Shown piece after piece: positions 28,557 to 36,896 of a stretch of DNA of 64,000 nucleotides. Under the pieces are notes generated by a model that searched no databases, had not been told where the DNA came from, and was given only the letters and a program-made list of their open reading frames with translations. Each line of letters begins with the position of its first letter. Position 1 is the stretch's first letter. Origin of the DNA: a phage; NCBI GenBank assembly GCA_025829515.1, contig GCA_025829515.1_4865.1; one strand, written 5' to 3'. Position numbers and translations under genes: made by a program.

Positions 28557-29975
28557 ATGGGGTTGTATACAGAACCTTCAATGGAACTGCTCTGCCAACA
28601 AATTGTGCGTGACAATCCCGGTTTAGCAGGAAAAATCACCCCTGACTCCATTGGGGTCAGGGGTGTTCCTGTTGCGAAAAACGTTAACGGACGAAACACT
28701 CAGATTACGTTGGTAGGAAAACCCGGTAAAGGATTTGCTGGGGAAATAACGGTATATTACGACCGGTTGAATCTGGCCAGTCTATTTAAGTCTGGCCCGA
28801 ATATGGTGAGTATTCCACGTAGCGCACAAACCCATGCGGAAGCGTTACCGGCGTTCAATGAATTGAACGGGTTGAACTTAACCGCGAGTGACATCACCAG
28901 TCCAAACGTTGCATTAATGAAATACGCTACGCCGGAAACTGTAACTCTGACGGCGCACGCTAACTCCTTGTGTTATACCGGGTCATGCAAGATGACCTAT
29001 GTTTACGAACCGATTGCGATGTATCCGAAGTCGGGTCCTGGGCCAAAAGGATTAATGGCCGGTAATGAGTTATACGGATTCTTTGGGCTGGTAAGCGCGG
29101 AAGAGTTATTCACATCTGATGAAATGGTGTATGCCCTCTATAACGGCACCAACTGGCCTAACCGCTACGCTATCAAGTGGCTCAAATTCTTTCTGAATGG
29201 GGCGGTAGTGTTTGTTCCGACCCGTGCGATTTGCAACGTTACCTGGGCAGACCTGTACAACAAGGGTGCAATATTTGATTCCGGAGACGCAGGACCTCGC
29301 CCGAAGTCGACTTACACACCTGTCGATGTTGAACAGTTGAAATACATGGTAAAACGGGATGATGAAGGAACGCATTATTTCAGAATGTCTATCCCGTATT
29401 ACACCGAGAACGCCGCCGCGCCTGATTGGAGTAAACCGCCGTCAATCACCTCTATCCTGTCACTGACCAGCAAATTGGGGTCGGTGAACGTATATGGGGA
29501 GTGGGGAACTCTTAGCACGACTGATGCTAACTTCCTGGATTACGTGTGGTTACGACATCAGTTCGGTGCCGACCAAGCGTATTACCAGTCTATCAGTGGG
29601 AGCTATCGTTCATACACCTACATCTACACCTCTTCTGGCTTTTGGCCAATCCTGGAGATGTTTGATGTTGCCAATGAACCTGTGCCGTTGATTGACGAAG
29701 GTGCAGAGCTAACATGGGCACCGTCCGTGGTTACTCTGACGGACATCGACCAAAATGAATCGCTTCGTGTGGTGCCTATTACGGAAACCTCCGCTGCAGC
29801 GAATCCACGTCCTCTGCTTGCCGCGACGGACAATGATGAACGTGCATATTCCGTCGCGGTAACAGGCATGGCTAGCGTTAAGATTAGACCGATTATTCTC
29901 ACGACTGACCAAATCGCCCAACCTTCAAAAATTACTCTGGGCGATACTAACGGTGAGTTGGATGGATTCCAATAA
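28557..29975 (+). CDS. paralog-family protein, long type with NGELDGF tag, module 2
   Basis: ITVYYDRLNLASLF, KSGPGPKGLMAGNELYGFFG, ends TNGELDGFQ. Confidence 0.7.
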   Translation: MGLYTEPSMELLCQQIVRDNPGLAGKITPDSIGVRGVPVAKNVNGRNTQITLVGKPGKGFAGEITVYYDRLNLASLFKSGPNMVSIPRSAQTHAEALPAFNELNGLNLTASDITSPNVALMKYATPETVTLTAHANSLCYTGSCKMTYVYEPIAMYPKSGPGPKGLMAGNELYGFFGLVSAEELFTSDEMVYALYNGTNWPNRYAIKWLKFFLNGAVVFVPTRAICNVTWADLYNKGAIFDSGDAGPRPKSTYTPVDVEQLKYMVKRDDEGTHYFRMSIPYYTENAAAPDWSKPPSITSILSLTSKLGSVNVYGEWGTLSTTDANFLDYVWLRHQFGADQAYYQSISGSYRSYTYIYTSSGFWPILEMFDVANEPVPLIDEGAELTWAPSVVTLTDIDQNESLRVVPITETSAAANPRPLLAATDNDERAYSVAVTGMASVKIRPIILTTDQIAQPSKITLGDTNGELDGFQ

Positions 29976-29987
29976 GAGGTAACGACA

Positions 29988-30974
29988 ATGGCTTTTACAA
30001 TTCGTTGGACGAACAATAACCCTGGGGCTTCGACCGTGAAGCTGTACCGCGACACCAAACCTCTGGTGCGTACGGCATTACCTGAACCTCTGGCAACGTT
30101 CACTGACGGGGAAACTGAGTATACTGACCGAACGGCGATACTGGGGACAACGTATTACTACATGACCACCGTGACAGTGGGAAGCCGGACACTGTTCAGT
30201 CCGCAGAAATCAATTCTGATTCAGAACCGTCGCGGTATCGGCATCGTGGCTCCACAGTACGGTGATGACCGCTTTGCGTATTACGGGTATGTGGCGTACG
30301 GTGAATTACCTAGCGCGGGTGATTATCCGCCAGGGTTTGTGGCCCTTTCTGGATACGACCCAACTGTTAAGCCGGGCTTGATGAAGTTCCAGCTAGACGG
30401 TAAAATTCTGTATCTGTTTAGTGGTCTTCGTGTGAACGGCAACACGCTGTATAGCCGTGATGCGATTTATAACGCGGGTTTGCTGTACGGTGTGGCGGGA
30501 CCTGGTCCGGAAGGCGGTCATGGCGATTTACCTGACGTTGACCAGGCTGGGGAGTTTACGTGGTTGGGTGACCGCTATCGGATGCGCCTGCTGCGCGGTT
30601 TAACACTCGACAGTGAAAGCCCGGTCATGACACTCGATGCACAGTGGAACGGTAAACTCCATGACGCGTCACCGTATACTGCCGATAGCGAATACAACCG
30701 ACTCATCTATGGGATAAGTAGCTGGTTCCCAGAAAAGAAAAAAGTGATGTCCCTGATAAAGTGGTCGAACTCCAGCATATTCGGAAGTGGATCGCTGGTG
30801 GCAGGCCGTGGGGCGCATTGTCAGGAGTTTGACCCAGACCGTAAGTTGGGGCTGACGCGCGGATGGGCGGCGGCGGATTCCACTGATACCGTGGATAACC
30901 TCCAGCGTATACAACATGTCCCTGGTGCGACCGGCGGTATTTGGATTCCAGTAATCGAGCTTATCGAGGATTAA
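29988..30974 (+). CDS. module 2 B-type protein
   Basis: paralog of 26612-27610; ends IWIPVIELIED. Confidence 0.7.
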   Translation: MAFTIRWTNNNPGASTVKLYRDTKPLVRTALPEPLATFTDGETEYTDRTAILGTTYYYMTTVTVGSRTLFSPQKSILIQNRRGIGIVAPQYGDDRFAYYGYVAYGELPSAGDYPPGFVALSGYDPTVKPGLMKFQLDGKILYLFSGLRVNGNTLYSRDAIYNAGLLYGVAGPGPEGGHGDLPDVDQAGEFTWLGDRYRMRLLRGLTLDSESPVMTLDAQWNGKLHDASPYTADSEYNRLIYGISSWFPEKKKVMSLIKWSNSSIFGSGSLVAGRGAHCQEFDPDRKLGLTRGWAAADSTDTVDNLQRIQHVPGATGGIWIPVIELIED

Positions 30975-30976
30975 TC

Positions 30977-31876
30977 ATGCCTATTACATTAAACTTTGCA
31001 CAACGGAAGCCACAGGCGCTCGATAACATTGAAATCTATCGCAAGACGCCGGGCAACGCCACCATTGATGTTAATGCACCGGGAACGCCTCTGGCAACCC
31101 TTCCGGGTGACGCTACATCGTACGAAGACAACGCTGTGGAAAACAACACCACTTACCGTTATTGGATTGCTGCGGTTAAAGACGGTGAGCGTGTCTTCAA
31201 CACCCCTACCGCCCAAGGGTTCTTTTTAGACACCGGGCCTGGCCCCCAGAAACTGTTATACGGCGACTGGCACGCTGGATACTTTGGAACAGTAACGCCA
31301 GCAGAGTTATTCACTAACGCGGAACTGAACAGCCTCGTGGTGAATATGTTCAGTTCCGCCGTTGGTGCCTGGCATAAGTTCATTTACAAAAACCGTATTC
31401 TGTTTATGTCCGATAACTCGATAATATACGCTAGCCCGCAGTTCATTTATAACCAGGGGCTGATGTACGGCCAGGATGGCAACGGATATGTGCCGAGCTG
31501 GGCTAGTGCACGTAACCAACGCCGCACGGTGACGAAAAACGGTTACGAATACGTGGTGCGCTTGCCGTATTTGTTCGACTACAAATACTGGACGTCTTTC
31601 GTTGGAGGCGGTAACACCGAGTTGTATCTCGACGGTGAGTGGTTTAACACCTTCGCGCGCCTGTACAACTACAGTGGGCAGTTTCCGCGCTTTGACGACC
31701 TTCCGGTCGGTTCAATCGATTCGGTTACTGCCCAACAATCTGCATTCTTTGCGGCTATGAATAACTCGTTCAGTCAGTGGTACAACCGTCCACCTTACCC
31801 AGAGTCGCCGACATGGAGTAACTACGGTACCACTACAGTGCGTTCTATTGCGGTACTTGAACTCGTTCTGCCTTAA
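30977..31876 (+). CDS. module 2 C-type protein
   Basis: start moved to ATG at 30977 (gagga SD); paralog of 27620-28543; ends AVLELVLP. Confidence 0.7.
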   Translation: MPITLNFAQRKPQALDNIEIYRKTPGNATIDVNAPGTPLATLPGDATSYEDNAVENNTTYRYWIAAVKDGERVFNTPTAQGFFLDTGPGPQKLLYGDWHAGYFGTVTPAELFTNAELNSLVVNMFSSAVGAWHKFIYKNRILFMSDNSIIYASPQFIYNQGLMYGQDGNGYVPSWASARNQRRTVTKNGYEYVVRLPYLFDYKYWTSFVGGGNTELYLDGEWFNTFARLYNYSGQFPRFDDLPVGSIDSVTAQQSAFFAAMNNSFSQWYNRPPYPESPTWSNYGTTTVRSIAVLELVLP

Positions 31877-31887
31877 CAGGAGACTTC

Positions 31888-33330
31888 ATGGGATTGTATA
31901 GCGCACCCGAACTGGAATTACTCTGCCAACAAGTCGTAAGGGATAACCCTGAACTCGCAGGAAGAATCAGCGCTGATTCGATTGGGGTGAGGGGTGTTCC
32001 TGCCGAGACCACTAAGAATGGTCGTAACACGGTAATTACGTTGGTAGGTAAACCCGGTAAAGGTTTCTCTGGGGAGTGCACGGTTTATTACGACCGTTTA
32101 ACATTATCAGATCTATTTAAAATAGCTCCGCGCGTCTACGTACCACAAACGGCCAAGACCGTGCGGGATCTTCTCCCAGCTCTACGTGATTTATACGGTG
32201 TTTGGTTATCTGATAGCAGTGTACAGTCGGTAGACGCGCCTATCAAATCGCTGGCAACGCCAACACGTATTAATTTAACCGCGTATAATAGCGTATGCTA
32301 TCGCGGCTATATCCCGGTCGATTATTTGAATGAAGCCGTAGGGTACTATCCAGATTCTGGGCCAGGCAATAAATATTTGTTGGCAGGGGACAGCACAAAC
32401 GGATACTTCGGTCACGTTTCTCAGCAAGAGTTATTTACCTTTGCTGAACTAAACAACCTAATTCGTCCTGATGTTTCCCCAACGAAAATGACTTTCGAGT
32501 GGTTGAAATTTTTCAAGGACGGTAAGATTGTTTATCTACCGACTACCGGAACGTTAACAGCAACCTGGACGGCCCTTTATCAAGCGGGTGCCATTTTCGG
32601 TACAGGTGACGCTGGTCCGTATCCAGACGGTATCGAACCTGTTGACCAGGCTTTGATTGTCACGAAAACTGAGAATAACAAGACGCATTATTACCGTGTC
32701 TCCGTTCCGGTTAGCCCTGATTTATCAAAGGCCACGCCGTTGTGGCTTATTTCACAACTCGGTGACGGTTCTACGGGTGGCGACTGGGCAAATGACACCA
32801 CGTTAACCAGAACCACCGTCTTCTTCACGCAACAACTGTTAACCGGGGGTAACCCTGTTAAAGTACAACGTTGCAATATGCGCGGTGGCTCAGTTGAATG
32901 GGTAACCCTTGCAGATACCACTTACTGGTGGCCTGTTTTAGAGGAAATCAATAAGGACGACATCGTCTTACCTTTAGCTGATGTGGAAGGGGATGTTGTG
33001 TGGCGCGTTAGGGTTATTCCTAATGTACCATCACCACAACCTGATAGCATTCGCCCTCTTGCAGTCGAGGTTGCGACAACAGATGCGCCGAGACCTCTAG
33101 CAACAACTGCGGAACAGGTGGAAGAACCTATCAGCCCGATTGTGGTGGGTGAACCAAACGTCGATACTGCGCTGCCGTTATCGACAGTGTCGAAGAGCGT
33201 AGGTACAGTTAGGCCGATGGTTGTACTTGAACCACACGTCGACGCACCGCGTCCACTACCGCCTACTCAGGCAGAACCTCCACTTAAAACAGATTTAGCA
33301 ACCGCGAACGGTGAGTTGAACGGCTTCTAA
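31888..33330 (+). CDS. paralog-family protein, long type with NGELNGF tag, module 3
   Basis: CTVYYDRLTLSDLF, DSGPGNKYLLAGDSTNGYFG, Pro-rich DAPRPL repeats, ends ATANGELNGF. Confidence 0.7.
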   Translation: MGLYSAPELELLCQQVVRDNPELAGRISADSIGVRGVPAETTKNGRNTVITLVGKPGKGFSGECTVYYDRLTLSDLFKIAPRVYVPQTAKTVRDLLPALRDLYGVWLSDSSVQSVDAPIKSLATPTRINLTAYNSVCYRGYIPVDYLNEAVGYYPDSGPGNKYLLAGDSTNGYFGHVSQQELFTFAELNNLIRPDVSPTKMTFEWLKFFKDGKIVYLPTTGTLTATWTALYQAGAIFGTGDAGPYPDGIEPVDQALIVTKTENNKTHYYRVSVPVSPDLSKATPLWLISQLGDGSTGGDWANDTTLTRTTVFFTQQLLTGGNPVKVQRCNMRGGSVEWVTLADTTYWWPVLEEINKDDIVLPLADVEGDVVWRVRVIPNVPSPQPDSIRPLAVEVATTDAPRPLATTAEQVEEPISPIVVGEPNVDTALPLSTVSKSVGTVRPMVVLEPHVDAPRPLPPTQAEPPLKTDLATANGELNGF

Positions 33331-33340
33331 GGAGTAACAG

Positions 33341-34339
33341 ATGGCTTTCACACTACGCTGGAAAAATGAAAATCCGGCAGGTTCAATTGTTAACATTTAT
33401 CGGGGCACGGCTAAAATAAATACAGCCGCATTACCAGCCCCTATTGCAACTTTAAGTAATGGCGAAACGGAATGGACGGACGAAACCGTTATTCTTAACA
33501 CCCGTTACTGGTATCTTTTAACAGTAACTGTTAACGGTCGTACCGTAGGTAGTCCACAAAAATCCATTGTCATTAAAAACCGTCGTGGTGTGGGTGGCGT
33601 CGACCAGATTAACTATTCCGATACTGACGACTTGGCGTTTCTGGGGCAGTTGCCGTTCGAAGAACAGATGACCTATGACGCGTTGCCTGCAGGCTTTCGT
33701 GCATTAACAGGGATATCGGGCACGGGCACGCTAATCATGAACAAGTTTTATCGTCATGGTAAAGTTTACTACATGATGAACAGCGGCGGACGATTTAACT
33801 CTACACTTTACTCGTGGAATGACATTTATAACGCGGGGCTTGTGTACGGTGTTGATGGATTTGGTCCTGATAACGGACGTGGGGATTTGGCAGGTGTTGA
33901 CCAGAGTGGGTTGTTTGAATGGCAAGGCGACACCTATCGGATGCGATTGCTGCGCGGTTTAACCGACGGGGACGAACCGACAGTAATGACATTGGATGAA
34001 TCGTTGCGAAACGCAGACCATGATGACTTGGAATATGGTCGCTGCGAATATAACGATTTTGTTTATCCGTTCGGAGAATGTATCCCTAACAAACAAATGC
34101 TCCCTAACTGGACTAATATTAGTCCAGCGTCCATTTATGGGAGCGGTAGCGCTTACCAAGGCAAAGGTTTCTTGTGCCAAGAACGTGATCCTGAATCGGG
34201 ATTAGTTCTGGTTCGCGGGTCTGCGCCTATCGATTCAAGCATAACCAATACGTCGAAACGTAACCTCTCCCAAGTTACGTTAGTTGATAGTGCTGAGAAG
34301 GTCGGTTTGTACGCATTCGTTATCGAGTTAGTGGAGTAA
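33341..34339 (+). CDS. module 3 B-type protein
   Basis: paralog of 26612-27610 and 29988-30974; ends YAFVIELVE. Confidence 0.7.
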   Translation: MAFTLRWKNENPAGSIVNIYRGTAKINTAALPAPIATLSNGETEWTDETVILNTRYWYLLTVTVNGRTVGSPQKSIVIKNRRGVGGVDQINYSDTDDLAFLGQLPFEEQMTYDALPAGFRALTGISGTGTLIMNKFYRHGKVYYMMNSGGRFNSTLYSWNDIYNAGLVYGVDGFGPDNGRGDLAGVDQSGLFEWQGDTYRMRLLRGLTDGDEPTVMTLDESLRNADHDDLEYGRCEYNDFVYPFGECIPNKQMLPNWTNISPASIYGSGSAYQGKGFLCQERDPESGLVLVRGSAPIDSSITNTSKRNLSQVTLVDSAEKVGLYAFVIELVE

Positions 34340-34342
34340 AAC

Positions 34343-35245
34343 ATGTCGATTATCTTAAACTGGAAACAACAGTCAGGTCAGACTTTAGATTCCATTGAAA
34401 TCTATCGTTACGACAACCCTAGACAAAGTGTTAACCCAGTAGCACCGGGGGAACCCATTGTAACACTACCAGGTAACACAACGACGTACGAGGACAAGAC
34501 CACCGAAGCGTATAAAACGTATCAATATCGCATCGTGGCGGTAAAGGGCACTGAAAAGGTTATGGGGCTGCCGATTGTACAGGGCGACTTTCCAATGACA
34601 GGGCCCGGCCCACAGGAACTTATTCGTGGCGATTGGCATCGTGGCTACTTTGGCACACTGACAAACAAAGAATTTATTCTTAACCATGCCGAGCTGAATG
34701 GTTTAATTGGCTTTAATGCCTGGAACCAAGCTCCAACATTGTTCCATAAATTCGTTTTCAAAGGACGCATTCTGTTCATTCCTGACACGGTGACCCGTTT
34801 AGGGACGTCGTGGGAAGAACAATACCGGCAAGGTCTGGCCTGGGGAACAGATGACTACGGTTTCCCGCCAGGGGGCGTCACTACCACTAACCAGCGTCGG
34901 ACATTTAATAAAGACGGTTACGAGTATGTGGTACGCTTGCCTCGACTCGGAGACTACAGTTATGGGCACAGCACCTACCTAAGCAGCGGTGGTTATTTTC
35001 AAGACGGCGAGTGGCACAACACGTTCGCAAGCTTGTTCCGGTACGCGGGCGTCGTAAGACGTTTTGGCGACTTACCGATGCGCTCCGGCGGTAGTCCAAC
35101 CGATTCAAGCGCAACATTGTTTGCCAACGGTCGTGACATCTACAACGCCTGGTACTATCGCAGCAACTCACCAGACTCACCATCGTATACCTATTCGACC
35201 GATAGCGCGTCGGTAGTCCACGTTATCGAATTGGTTCTTAGCTAA
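34343..35245 (+). CDS. module 3 C-type protein
   Basis: paralog of 27620-28543; MTGPGPQELIRGDWHRGYFG; ends HVIELVLS. Confidence 0.7.
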   Translation: MSIILNWKQQSGQTLDSIEIYRYDNPRQSVNPVAPGEPIVTLPGNTTTYEDKTTEAYKTYQYRIVAVKGTEKVMGLPIVQGDFPMTGPGPQELIRGDWHRGYFGTLTNKEFILNHAELNGLIGFNAWNQAPTLFHKFVFKGRILFIPDTVTRLGTSWEEQYRQGLAWGTDDYGFPPGGVTTTNQRRTFNKDGYEYVVRLPRLGDYSYGHSTYLSSGGYFQDGEWHNTFASLFRYAGVVRRFGDLPMRSGGSPTDSSATLFANGRDIYNAWYYRSNSPDSPSYTYSTDSASVVHVIELVLS

Positions 35246-35256
35246 CAGGAGCTAAT

Positions 35257-35553
35257 ATGGGGTTTTACTCATCCACTGCACTTGAGCTGTTGTGTCGGCT
35301 CATTCAGCGGGATAATCCCCAACACGCAGGTCGAATCAGCGCAGATTCAATTGGGGAGTGTACGATCTATTACGATAAGTCGTTAAGCAGTAACACAGTG
35401 GCCGATGTTACCACCGCATCCAACTCGTTCGCTAATAAAGCGTACGGCCGCGCGGTTATCCAAACTGACGTCGAAGCAGCTGGAGTTAAAGGGATAGCGT
35501 ACTTCACCATAACAGCTAAAAATAGGCCCCGAAGGGCCTATTTTCTTTTTTAG
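35257..35553 (+). pseudogene. chimeric, frameshifted remnant of the paralog family
   Basis: first ~33 codons match long-type N-termini, then jumps to a short-type C-terminus; a 1-nt difference relative to the YYHYNS-stop ending removes the stop and the frame runs into the terminator hairpin. Confidence 0.6.
35521..35553 (+). terminator. intrinsic terminator
   Basis: aataggcccc-gaag-gggcctatt hairpin followed by ttcttttttt. Confidence 0.8.
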
Positions 35554-35562
35554 GACGTTGCA

Positions 35563-36882
35563 ATGATCAACTATAACAAACCTGTCATGCAGCTGGTTTG
35601 GGATCAGATTAATCGTGATAACCCGCAGCTCAAGAAACCACTCAACGCAACCAACGTGGCGTTATTACAAGGTCCTTTAACCAATGCCTTGCGCGATGGC
35701 CGCAACAGCCGTATAGTGGTAAACGGATTACAGGGTGGCGGTTACAGCGGTAAGATGGACATCTACTACGACCGCTTAAACCTTTCGCAGTATTTTAAAG
35801 GCGTCAGCGTACCGGTTAAAGTACCTTATCGGGCGACGTCCTACCGCGACATCATCGACCGGATTTCCGCAGCTTGTGGGCTGGTGCTTACTGCTGACGA
35901 TTTAACGTATCCTGACAGCCAGTTTGCAATGATCACTGTGGCAACGGGCGATCGGACGGTGGCGATTAAATCGGATAACCCCGCATTCACGGGTCACATT
36001 CCTATTAGCTTTATTCGTGAAGAGCCCAGCTTTGCCGACTTGTACCACACCACCGAAACCGGAGCTTGGGAACCCATGGATGTTTACAGCACGGTCTATC
36101 GACTCGACTGGAGCATGTACACCCAACAGATAATCAATATTCCAATGGGTACCCCGCTGCGACTAAACAGTAACTCGTACATGACCCAGTTCATCGCGGC
36201 GCTGTCGGCATGGTCGGGCATCCCGTTCACTATCGGTAATGCTGCTACCGATAACCCGTATGACCTCTATGGGTATGTCGCTACACGCAATAACAACCCA
36301 GGCTTAGACCCTGATATGCGTGGGGAGTACAATTACTGCGTGAAGTTGACGCCACCTGAGGATATGGGTAATCTCCGTCGTCCGTTCTTCTTGCACTTTG
36401 GTCCGAAAAATAACGTGGCCTATTTGGCGCAGGAAAAGGACGTCGAACGTTATGCGCGTTACATGAGGTTCCGGGAAACCAGCTCAAATTCGATGAGCGT
36501 CACGTTGTATCAAAACGAGTACGTGTTGACTCGGGCAGAATCGCCTGAAACTGCGGATGATTTAACGGGTTCCCCGTATGGCACTCGATACTGTACCGGG
36601 AGTATTCGACGGCTGATGCAACACGCGTTTCCGACCGAAGAGATGTTCCAAGAAAGTATTGCTAACCGACGTCGGGTACTGTACCACACTGCTTACACCA
36701 CCACGACATCAGCTATTACTTACCAGGGACTATACCGTAACGGATACCAATCCAAACAAATGACGAGCCTCTACTCGAATTACTGTAACTATTTCATCTA
36801 TTACGACCCAAGCAAAGGCGGCTATATGGTCTACAGTCCATATAGCAAAACCGCCCCGGTCCCTTGGTATCCAGCGCTATAG
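35563..36882 (+). CDS. paralog-family protein with a distinct C-terminal domain
   Basis: N-terminus MINYNKP...INRDNP...DIYYDRLNLS is family-like; C-terminus YYD..G.M...PY.K.AP.PW shared with the next gene. Confidence 0.65.
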   Translation: MINYNKPVMQLVWDQINRDNPQLKKPLNATNVALLQGPLTNALRDGRNSRIVVNGLQGGGYSGKMDIYYDRLNLSQYFKGVSVPVKVPYRATSYRDIIDRISAACGLVLTADDLTYPDSQFAMITVATGDRTVAIKSDNPAFTGHIPISFIREEPSFADLYHTTETGAWEPMDVYSTVYRLDWSMYTQQIINIPMGTPLRLNSNSYMTQFIAALSAWSGIPFTIGNAATDNPYDLYGYVATRNNNPGLDPDMRGEYNYCVKLTPPEDMGNLRRPFFLHFGPKNNVAYLAQEKDVERYARYMRFRETSSNSMSVTLYQNEYVLTRAESPETADDLTGSPYGTRYCTGSIRRLMQHAFPTEEMFQESIANRRRVLYHTAYTTTTSAITYQGLYRNGYQSKQMTSLYSNYCNYFIYYDPSKGGYMVYSPYSKTAPVPWYPAL

Positions 36883-36896
36883 ACTAAGGTGTCACC

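Larger units (their letters stand above)
25188..35245 (+). repeat. three tandem copies of a diverged 3-gene module (long A-type, B, C), period about 3.35 kb
   Basis: module starts at 25188, 28557 and 31888; gene order, sizes and protein motifs conserved while sequences have diverged. Confidence 0.8.
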
